A stretch of 14,643 nucleotides of DNA, from NCBI GenBank assembly GCA_036149055.1, contig JAYZQJ010000171.1, positions 1 to 14,643 of the forward strand, in the 5' to 3' direction. The position numbers and the translations under genes were made by a program. Shown piece after piece: positions 1-10,566 of the stretch. The notes under the pieces were generated by a model, which saw only the letters and a program-made list of their open reading frames with translations, ran no database searches and was not told the origin of the DNA. Within the stretch, counting starts at the first letter, position 1. Every line of letters begins with the position of its first letter. The stretch is from Myxococcota bacterium (GTDB lineage Bacteria; Myxococcota_A; Polyangia; Polyangiales; Sandaracinaceae).

Positions 1-286
1 CCCCCATCCCGCCGCCACCCCACCCCCTTGGCGGCATTTCGCCTTTGCGAGAGCCCATTTCCCCGGCAGGAGTCGCCGCCAAGCGCGCAGCCGAGTGCCC
101 GGCGGCCAGCCCCCCTCCCGCGGCCACCCCACCCCCACCCCCTAGGCGGCTTTGCGGCTTTGCGGCTTTGCGCGAGCCAGTTCAGCCGCATGACCCGCCG
201 CCAAGCGCGCATCCGAGTGCCCGGCGGCCAGCCCCGATCCCGCCGCCAGCTCACCCCTTAGGCGGCTCTGCGCCTTTGCCCGAGCC
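1..286. repeat. Degenerate tandem repeat, about 2.5 visible units of ~110-122 bp (units start at ~1, ~110, ~232); truncated by the window edge
   Basis: The 40-nt block cgccgccaagcgcgca[g/t]ccgagtgcccggcggccagcccc occurs at 74-113 and 196-235 with 1 mismatch. A C-tract/ggcggc...tttgc..gagcc segment recurs three times (1-55, 110-178, 232-286). GGCTTTGC occurs x3 at 148-171. Confidence 0.85.
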
Positions 287-367
287 GTCTCACGCGGACA
301 GCGCGGCCTTCCCCGGCTCGCCTCGAGGGACGGCGGGCTCGCGCGGGCCGCGCTATAGAGCCGGGCG

Positions 368-1465
368 ATGCCTCTCCCCGTCGTCCGTGAAGCGCGCGAG
401 GACGACTGGCGCTGGCAGGCGCGAAACGCCGTCAGCGACCTGGACGGGCTGGAGCGCGCGCTCGTCCTGACCGACGCGGAGCGCGAGGGCGCCCGGCGCG
501 CGCTCGAGGGCGGCTTCCCGATCTCGATCACCCCCTACTATCTGTCGCTCTGCGATCCGCGCGACCCGAGCTGCCCGATCCGGAGGCAGTGCGTGCCCCG
601 CGCCGAGGAGGCGATCGAGGTGCCCGGCGATCTGCGGGATCCCCTCGGCGAGGAGTCCCACGAGGTCGCGCCGCATCTGGTGCAGCGCTACCCGGACCGC
701 GCGCTCCTGCTGGTGAGCGATCGCTGCAGCGTGTACTGCCGCTTCTGCACGCGCAGCCGCATGGTCGGCCAGGGCGGCGGGGCGCGCTCGATGGACGCGC
801 TCGGCGGCGCCTTCGCCCACCTCGAGGCGCACCCCGAGATCCGCGAGGTGATCGTCAGCGGAGGCGACCCGCTCGTCGCCACCACCGGCCGGATCGCGGC
901 CATCCTCGAGCGGCTCGCGACGATCCCCTCGCTCGACACCGTCCGGATCGCCACCCGGGCCCCGGTGACCTTGCCGATGCGGATCGACGACGCCCTCTGC
1001 GAGGCGCTGCGGCGCTTCCCCTCCACCTGGGTGATGACGCACTTCAACCACCCGAAGGAGCTGACCGACGCCTCCTCCGCCGCGATCGCCCGGCTGGTCG
1101 ATCACGGGCTCCCGGTCATGAACCAGACGGTGCTGCTCCGCGGGATCAACGACGACGCCGAGACCCTCGAGGCGCTGTTCCGCGGCCTCGTCCGACGCCG
1201 GGCGCGACCTTATTACCTGCTCCAGGCCGACCCGGTCCGCGGCACCGGGCACCTGCGCACCCCGATCGCCGTCGGCGAGCAGATCATGGCCCGGCTGCAG
1301 GGGCGGCTGAGCGGGATCGCGCTCCCGAAGCTCATCGTCGACACCCCGGGCGGCCACGGGAAAGTGCCTCACGGCCCGGACTGGGTCGTCTCGCGCGGCC
1401 CGGGCGTGACCCGCTTCCGCACCTTCCGGGGGCGGGAGGTCGACTACCTCGATCCGCCGGGGTGA
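368..1465 (+). CDS. kamA: KamA-family radical SAM protein (lysine 2,3-aminomutase-like), 365 aa
   Basis: DPLGEE, QRYPDR, CxxxCxxC (CSVYCRFCTR), SGGDPL, THFNHPKE, NQTVLLRGIND, PYYLLQAD and PLP-lysine motif IVDTPGGHGKVP. Confidence 0.88.
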   Translation: MPLPVVREAREDDWRWQARNAVSDLDGLERALVLTDAEREGARRALEGGFPISITPYYLSLCDPRDPSCPIRRQCVPRAEEAIEVPGDLRDPLGEESHEVAPHLVQRYPDRALLLVSDRCSVYCRFCTRSRMVGQGGGARSMDALGGAFAHLEAHPEIREVIVSGGDPLVATTGRIAAILERLATIPSLDTVRIATRAPVTLPMRIDDALCEALRRFPSTWVMTHFNHPKELTDASSAAIARLVDHGLPVMNQTVLLRGINDDAETLEALFRGLVRRRARPYYLLQADPVRGTGHLRTPIAVGEQIMARLQGRLSGIALPKLIVDTPGGHGKVPHGPDWVVSRGPGVTRFRTFRGREVDYLDPPG

Positions 1466-1485
1466 GCCGGGGCGTCGGGCCCGCT

Positions 1486-1513
1486 TTGAAAAGTCCCGGC
1501 ATGGGTGTATGAC
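1486..1513 (+). promoter_or_regulatory. Candidate sigma70-type promoter of sdhCAB
   Basis: TTGAAA (1486-1491), a 16-nt spacer, then TATGAC (1508-1513). AT-rich patches in a GC-rich intergenic region upstream of sdhC; motif match only. Confidence 0.4.
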
Positions 1514-1636
1514 TCGCGCGCGCCGCCTCCGCGCGCACCGCCTCCGGCTCGATTTCTCCCTGTCCGCGCCGCGAAATGGCCCCAGGGTGGAGTCGGTGGG
1601 GGCGTCCCAGGAATCCTCGGAGACCCCGGAAGACCC

Positions 1637-2380
1637 ATGCAGAGAGCGCTCACGCTCACCCGTTCGACCGTCGGCATGAAGGCGCTGGTCGCCGTCACCG
1701 GCCTCATCCTCTTCGGCTTCGTCATCGGCCACCTGGCGGGCAACACCCTGCTCTTCGCCGGCTACGAGACGTTCAACGGCTACGCGGCCAGCCTGAAGGC
1801 GAACCCGGCCCTGCTGTGGGGCGTGCGGACGGTGCTGCTGGCCAGCGTCGTGACCCACATCGCGCTGACCATGAAGCTCGCGGGCCGCAACTCCTCGGCG
1901 CGGCCCACCGGCTACAAGAAGGCGCGGCAGGATCAGATCACGACCTACGCGGCGCGCACGATGGTCCTCAGCGGGCCCCTGCTCTTCGCCTACATCCTCT
2001 TCCACCTCGCCCACTTCACGGTGCCGGGGCTGGACCTGGGCGGCGAGCACGACGTCGTCAACGTCTACGGGAACGTCGTCCGGGGCTTCCGGGTGCCGTG
2101 GGTCGCGGGGATCTACATCTTCGCGAACATCCTGCTCGGCCTGCACCTGTTCCACGGCGCGTGGAGCGCGCTGCAGAGCCTCGGGGCCAACCACCCCAAG
2201 TACAACCCGCTGCGCAAGCGCCTGGCCGTCGGCTTCGCGCTCGCCGTCGCGGGCGGCAACATCTTCATCCCGGTCGCGGTCCTCACGCGCCTCGTCGGCA
2301 CCGACGAGCAGGTCGCGGCGAGCGACCTCCACCCCCTGGGCGCGCCGGAGCCCCAAGACCCGCCGATGCCGACCGAATGA
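1637..2380 (+). CDS. sdhC: Succinate dehydrogenase/fumarate reductase cytochrome b subunit (single anchor, 5-TM type), 247 aa
   Basis: Start moved to ATG 1637 because the upstream in-frame stretch is low-complexity. Begins [13 protein letters not shown], has five hydrophobic segments and candidate heme His residues in GHLAGN, VTHIAL, FHLAHF and LHLFHG. Lies directly upstream of sdhA. Confidence 0.92.
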   Translation: MQRALTLTRSTVGMKALVAVTGLILFGFVIGHLAGNTLLFAGYETFNGYAASLKANPALLWGVRTVLLASVVTHIALTMKLAGRNSSARPTGYKKARQDQITTYAARTMVLSGPLLFAYILFHLAHFTVPGLDLGGEHDVVNVYGNVVRGFRVPWVAGIYIFANILLGLHLFHGAWSALQSLGANHPKYNPLRKRLAVGFALAVAGGNIFIPVAVLTRLVGTDEQVAASDLHPLGAPEPQDPPMPTE

Positions 2381-2402
2381 GGCGGAAGGGAAAGCACATC
2401 TC

Positions 2403-4337
<1,935 letters not shown>

Positions 4338-4346
4338 GATAGAGAG

Positions 4347-5123
4347 ATGTCGGACATCAACCTGAAGCTCCACGTCTGGCGGCAGGAGAGCCGCGGCGCC
4401 ACCGGCAAGTTCGAGGACTACTCGAAGTACGCCGAGGGCATCAGCACCCACGCCTCCTTCCTCGAGATGCTCGACGTGGTGAACGAGCGGCTCGCCGAGG
4501 ACGGCATCCGCCCCATCGTCTTCGACCACGACTGCCGCGAGGGCATCTGTGGCTCGTGCGGCGCCGTCATCAACGGCGTGCCCCACGGCCCGCAGAAGCT
4601 GACCACGACCTGTCAGCTGCACATGCGACAGTTCAAGAACGGCGACGAGATCTGGGTCGAGCCCTTCCGCGCGGGCGCCTTCCCGATCATCAAGGACCTG
4701 ATGGTCGACCGCGGGAAGTTCGACACCATCATCCAGGCCGGCGGCTTCATCTCGATCCGCACCGGCAGCGCGCCGGACGCCAACGAGATCCCGGTGCCGA
4801 AGGAGGTCTCGGACGGCGCCTTCGACGCCGCGACCTGCATCGGCTGCGGCGCCTGCGTGGCCGCGTGCCCGAACGCCTCGGCGAGCCTCTTCCTCAGCGC
4901 CAAGATCGCCCACCTCAACCTGCTGCCGCAGGGCCAGCCCGAGCGCTACAAGCGCACCCGGCAGATGGTCTCGGCGCACGACGAGGCCGGGTTCGGCGGC
5001 TGCACCAACCACAAGGAGTGCGAGGCCGCCTGCCCGAAGGGCATCAGCACCGACTGGATCGCCAAGATGAACCGCGACATGCTCATCGCGACCATCACCG
5101 GCAAGGACGGCAAGTTCGCCTGA
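4347..5123 (+). CDS. sdhB: Succinate dehydrogenase/fumarate reductase iron-sulfur subunit, 258 aa
   Basis: CREGICGSC...TTC ([2Fe-2S]), [12 protein letters not shown] and [12 protein letters not shown] cluster motifs; 9 bp after sdhA. Confidence 0.97.
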   Translation: MSDINLKLHVWRQESRGATGKFEDYSKYAEGISTHASFLEMLDVVNERLAEDGIRPIVFDHDCREGICGSCGAVINGVPHGPQKLTTTCQLHMRQFKNGDEIWVEPFRAGAFPIIKDLMVDRGKFDTIIQAGGFISIRTGSAPDANEIPVPKEVSDGAFDAATCIGCGACVAACPNASASLFLSAKIAHLNLLPQGQPERYKRTRQMVSAHDEAGFGGCTNHKECEAACPKGISTDWIAKMNRDMLIATITGKDGKFA

Positions 5124-5142
5124 CGCCCGTCAGGCGGGCTTG
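5111..5142. terminator. Hairpin at the convergent sdhB / methyltransferase junction (possible terminator or RNA-end structure)
   Basis: Perfect 8-bp inverted repeat cgcctgac (5117-5124) / gtcaggcg (5129-5136) with a 4-nt loop, extendable to 14 bp with two G-U pairs in the + strand RNA. No U-tract. Confidence 0.4.
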
Positions 5143-5735
5143 ACGCCCGTCGCGAGCCAGAGCTCGCCCCCGTACTCCTTCTTCTCCGGCAGCGCGCGCC
5201 GCTCGAAGCGCTCGGCGACCCGCTCGAGCGGCTCCCAGGCGCGCCTCCGGATGTCGGCCCGCGCGACCAGGTTCACCATGTGACCCTGGAAGCCGGGCTT
5301 CTCCGCGTAGACGTCGACCACCACCGCGCGGCCGCCCGGCGCGAGCTGCGCCCAGAGGCGCTCGAACGCCGCCTCCCACTCGGGGAAGGCGGTGAGACCG
5401 AGGAACACGTGGAGGCGATCGAAAGGCGCAGCATCGAGCGGCGCGTCGTGCACGCTCGCCTGGACCAGCTCGACGACCTCGCCCAGCGCCTCCGCCTCCA
5501 CCCGGGCCCGCGCCTTCTTCAGCATGCCGGCGCTGAGATCCACGCCGACCACCCGGCCGCCCGGCTTCACCGGCGAGGCCAGCACGCCGAGGCTCTGCCC
5601 GGTGCCCACCGGGAGATCGAGCACCCGCTGCCCGGGCTCGAGCCGCAAGGCCGCCGCGGCCTCACGGCGCGCGTCGGCGTAGAGCGGCTCGAGGGAGCCG
5701 TCGTAGAAGTGCGAGAAGAAGTCGTACCACCCCAT
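5130..5735 (-). CDS. Class I SAM-dependent methyltransferase (UbiE/PmtA-like fold), 201 aa
   Basis: Motif I RVLDLPVGTG, VVGVDLSAGML, APFD and LAPGGRAVVVD. RBS AAGGGAGA just upstream on the minus strand; 12 bp downstream of the dedA stop. Confidence 0.88.
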   Translation of the reverse strand: MGWYDFFSHFYDGSLEPLYADARREAAAALRLEPGQRVLDLPVGTGQSLGVLASPVKPGGRVVGVDLSAGMLKKARARVEAEALGEVVELVQASVHDAPLDAAPFDRLHVFLGLTAFPEWEAAFERLWAQLAPGGRAVVVDVYAEKPGFQGHMVNLVARADIRRRAWEPLERVAERFERRALPEKKEYGGELWLATGVKPA

Positions 5736-5747
5736 CGGTCTCCCTTT

Positions 5748-6377
5748 TCAGTCTTGCGCGTCGGGGGTCTCGGCGGCCGACGCGCGCCGCCAGCGCCAGA
5801 CGGCGACGACGGAGACCAGCACGACCACCCCGATGGCCACCGCGCTGTAGGTCTCGACCCACGCCTCGAGCTGCTCGAAGTTCGCGCCCAGGAACCAGCC
5901 GACGCCGAGCAGGACCCCGTTCCAGGCGCACGCGCTGACCCCACCCCAGAGCGCGACCTTCCAGGCGGGCATGCCGACCATGCCGGCGGCGAGGAAGAAG
6001 AAGGCGCGCAGCGCGGGCACGAAGCGGTTGAGCGCGAGGTAGGCGGCGCCGTGGCGGTCGAAGCGCGCCAGCACGGTGTCGATCGCCTTGCGGGCCTGCT
6101 GGCTCCGGAGGAAGCGCGGGCGGCGCTCGACCCGGCGACGGCCGATCCAGCGGCCGGCGTAGTAGGCCCCCATGCCGCCCGCCACCGCGCCGAGGTTCAG
6201 CGACAGGTACACCCACAGCACCGAGTAGCCCGCGGTCGCCGCCAGGAACACCGCGAAGAGCGAGACGGTGTCGCCCGGGAACGGCGGGAAGACGTACTCG
6301 ACCAGGCTCGCCAGCCCGATCACCAGGTAGGCGAGCGGGCCTTCGGTCTGCTGGAGCCAGTCGAGCAGCTCTTCCAT
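5748..6377 (-). CDS. dedA: DedA (SNARE-associated) family membrane protein, 209 aa
   Basis: Start set at ATG 6377 (MEELLDWL). Motifs LVEYVFPPFPGD, YYAGRWIG and NRFVPALR, multiple TM segments. Confidence 0.9.
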   Translation of the reverse strand: MEELLDWLQQTEGPLAYLVIGLASLVEYVFPPFPGDTVSLFAVFLAATAGYSVLWVYLSLNLGAVAGGMGAYYAGRWIGRRRVERRPRFLRSQQARKAIDTVLARFDRHGAAYLALNRFVPALRAFFFLAAGMVGMPAWKVALWGGVSACAWNGVLLGVGWFLGANFEQLEAWVETYSAVAIGVVVLVSVVAVWRWRRASAAETPDAQD

Positions 6378-6387
6378 AGTGGCCCGC

Positions 6388-7305
6388 GTGCCCTCCCCCT
6401 TCGACGTCGTAGCCGCGCTCCGCCCCGGCGGCCACATCCGCGTGATCGCGCCGAGCTCGCCCTTCCCTCGCGAGGACTTCGAACGCGGCGTGGCCCGCCT
6501 CCGGGAGCGCTACCGGGTGAGCTTCGGCCACGACCTCTTCGAGACCCACGGCTTCCTGGCCGGAGACGACGCGCGGCGGCTCGCGGAGCTGCGGGACGCG
6601 CTCGCCGATCCCGACGTCGACGCGATCGTCGCCGCCCGCGGAGGGTACGGCGCGACGCGGCTCCTCGAGTCGCTCCGCCCGGAGGAGGTGCGGGCGGCGC
6701 CGAAGCTCCTGGTCGGCTTCAGCGACGTCACCGCCCTCCACGCCCTCTGGGCGCGCGCCGGGCTGCGCTCGATCCACGGGCCGATGGTGGCCGCGCTCGG
6801 CCGGGCGGAGCCGAGCTGGGTGGAGCGCTGGATCGCGGCGGTGGAGGGCGGCCCCCTCGCCGCGGCCACCGACCTCGAGACGATCGCGCCCGGCGAGGCG
6901 GAGGGCGCGATCGTCGGCGGCAACCTCGCGGTGCTCGCGGCCCTCGCCGGCACGCCGCACGCCCCGCCGCTCGAAGGCGCGGTGCTCTTCCTCGAGGACG
7001 TGGGCGAGGCGCCCTACCGCGTCGACCGCATGCTCACCACGCTGAGGCAGGCGGGCTGGCTCGGCCGGGTGCGGGGGGTGGCGCTCGGGTCGTTCACCGC
7101 CTGCGATCCGAGGGCCGACGGCCGCACGGTGGAGGCCGTCCTGCGCGATCGCCTCGCGGACCTCGGCGTGCCGGTGGCGGCCGGGATCGGCGCGGGCCAC
7201 GCGCCCGACGATCGCGAGCTCCCGCTGGGCGCGCCGGTCCACCTCGACGCGACGCGCGGCGTGCTGCGCTTCCTGGAGCCCGCGGCGGCCTCCAAGAGGG
7301 CGTGA
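6388..7305 (+). CDS. ldcA: Peptidase S66 family LD-carboxypeptidase, ~305 aa (alternative GTG start at 6379)
   Basis: LRPGGHIRVIAPSS, LAGDDARR, ARGGYGATRLL, catalytic triad contexts GFSDVT (Ser), LFLEDVGE (Glu) and GAGH (His), plus GGNL. The family also includes MccF-like enzymes. Confidence 0.9.
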   Translation: MPSPFDVVAALRPGGHIRVIAPSSPFPREDFERGVARLRERYRVSFGHDLFETHGFLAGDDARRLAELRDALADPDVDAIVAARGGYGATRLLESLRPEEVRAAPKLLVGFSDVTALHALWARAGLRSIHGPMVAALGRAEPSWVERWIAAVEGGPLAAATDLETIAPGEAEGAIVGGNLAVLAALAGTPHAPPLEGAVLFLEDVGEAPYRVDRMLTTLRQAGWLGRVRGVALGSFTACDPRADGRTVEAVLRDRLADLGVPVAAGIGAGHAPDDRELPLGAPVHLDATRGVLRFLEPAAASKRA

Positions 7306-7471
7306 GCGGGGTCACTTTGTCACGAGATGGTGACCCGGAGGCGCGGTGGCGCGAGGCGAAAAACCTCGTAGGCTCCGGCTGCTTCCTGGGGACCCCCTTC
7401 TCGGGTGGGGCCCCGGGGCCTATCTTCCAGGGTCCAGAGGACTCACACGCTCGCTCCGAAAGGCACCGGAC

Positions 7472-9054
<1,583 letters not shown>

Positions 9055-9058
<4 letters not shown>

Positions 9059-9888
9059 GCGCGAAGAGAGAGCCCCGCGTCCTCGATCTCGTGGCGGCGG
9101 TCCTGGAGGAGCGAGCCTCCCCGGAGGCCGCCGCCTTGCTCCTCGCGCGTGACGTGAAGCCGGACCTCGACGTCGAGGCCGAGCTGAAGGGCATCGACGC
9201 GCTCGCGGAGCCGCTGGGCGACCTCGACCCGGCCTGCCCGCCCGAGGAGCAGGCCCACATGCTGGCCGCTCACCTCTACGAGGGGCTCGGCTTCCACGGC
9301 AACGAAGAGGACTACTACGATCCTCGCAACAGCTACCTGGACGACGTCGTCCGGCGGCGCACCGGCATCCCGATCACGCTCGCGCTGGTCCTGATGGCGG
9401 TCGGCCGGCGGGCCGGCCTGCAGGTCGAGGGCATCGGCTTCCCCGGGCACTTCCTCGCCCGGGTCGGCGGCGAGGACGGGGTCTACGTCGACCCCTTCTT
9501 CGGCGGGCGGGTGCTCGACGACGCGGCGCTGTCCCGGCTGGCCGCGCGCATGCTCGGCAACGCGTCGCGGCTCAGCGAGCATCACCTCGCGCCGGTAGGG
9601 CTGCGCTCGCTCGTGGTGCGCATGCTGGTGAACCTGAAGCACGCCCACGAGCGGCAGCGCGACCACGCCCGCTCGATGGTGGTGTGCGATCGCCTGGTGG
9701 ACCTCACCGACGAGCTCTCGTTCGTGCGCGACCGAGGCCTTCACGCCCTGGCGCTCGGCGCCCACGCCCAGGCGCGAGAGGATCTGGCCCGCTACCTCCT
9801 GAAGGAGGGCAAGACGGCCAAGGACGCGGCCGAGGTCCGCGCCGCCCTCGCGCGTGCCCAGGACGGTGGCGGGTACGGACCGAGCTGA
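9055..9888 (+). CDS. SirB1/YchA-like protein (transglutaminase-like core plus C-terminal TPR-like helices), 277 aa
   Basis: [53 protein letters not shown] and RDRGL...AREDLARYL. The GTG start overlaps the pckA stop (GTGA). Confidence 0.88.
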
Positions 9889-9903
9889 TAGTCTCTGCCG
9901 GCC

Positions 9904-10566
9904 ATGCGCCATCTCGGGGGACTGGCGGCTCTGACCGCGATCGCGTTCGGCGCGCTCGGATGCGGGCCCGGCATCCCCTCGCGCTTCGTCATCGAGCGCG
10001 ACATCGACGACTGGTCGTACCGCCGCTACCAGCGCGTGCTCGACGTCGAGATCGCGATGCCGGGCAACGCCGCGGTGGGCCACACCGCCACCTACGTGCG
10101 CCGCGCCTCGCGGACCGGGCGCTCGGTGCCCTACGCCAACGTCTTCGTCTCCGTCTACGAGCAGCCGCAGGGCCTGGCGGCCGAGGTCCGGCGGCAGGTG
10201 CGCGCGCTCGGGAGCTACGAGGCCTCGGTGCGCGGCCTCGGCGGCGGCCACGTCTGGTACCTCGACGCGGGCCCGGGCGATCGCTGGGCGCTCTGGGTGA
10301 GCGGCGCGCACGTGGTCAAGGTCGGCGCCTCGGACGCGGTGGACGACGTGCCGGAGAACGTGGTCAGCGCCTACATGGGCGTCTTCCCGAGCGACCTCGA
10401 CGAGCACGGGCGCGCCCGCGAGGGGACCGCGTCGGCCGGCGAGCGCGAGGGCGAGGCGGTCGACGAGAGCCAGGAAGAAGCCGAGTACGACGGCGCCGCG
10501 GCCAGCGACGGCGACGACGACGACGAAGACCTCCCGCACTACCTCCGAGAGGACGCGCCCCGATGA
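9904..10566 (+). CDS. Putative lipoprotein of unknown function with acidic C-terminal tail, 220 aa
   Basis: Signal peptide MRHLGGLAALTAIAFG with lipobox-like ALG-C. Fills the gap between neighbours, and its stop overlaps the hisC start (ATGA). Confidence 0.78.
   Translation: MRHLGGLAALTAIAFGALGCGPGIPSRFVIERDIDDWSYRRYQRVLDVEIAMPGNAAVGHTATYVRRASRTGRSVPYANVFVSVYEQPQGLAAEVRRQVRALGSYEASVRGLGGGHVWYLDAGPGDRWALWVSGAHVVKVGASDAVDDVPENVVSAYMGVFPSDLDEHGRAREGTASAGEREGEAVDESQEEAEYDGAAASDGDDDDEDLPHYLREDAPR

Noticed and set aside
1..286. CRISPR array interpretation of the left-edge repeat
   Set aside because: The sequences between the conserved 40-nt blocks are homologous to one another rather than unique spacers, the period is >100 bp, and no cas genes are present.
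300..354. 9-bp inverted repeat agcgcggcc / ggccgcgct upstream of kamA
   Set aside because: Nearly all GC with a 37-nt loop and no U-tract; plausible by chance at this base composition.
28..531. Short Pro/Arg-rich ORFs over the repeat (28-261, 45-470, 142-531)
   Set aside because: Low-complexity translations of a nucleotide repeat. Unit length changes break the reading frame, and two of them overlap kamA.
1505..1636. N-terminal extensions in the ORF track for sdhC (also pckA 7346, hisC 9684, TPR protein 11723, dedA 6437)
   Set aside because: The extensions are low-complexity or overlap neighbouring genes. Family-typical N-termini, RBS-like sites and stop/start overlaps support the later starts, so these are not fusions.
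6388..7305. MccF-type microcin immunity or a biosynthetic cluster combining the radical SAM enzyme, methyltransferase and peptidase
   Set aside because: No precursor peptide, adenylating enzyme or exporter is present. The genes are in different transcription units separated by sdhCAB, and each has a simpler housekeeping explanation.
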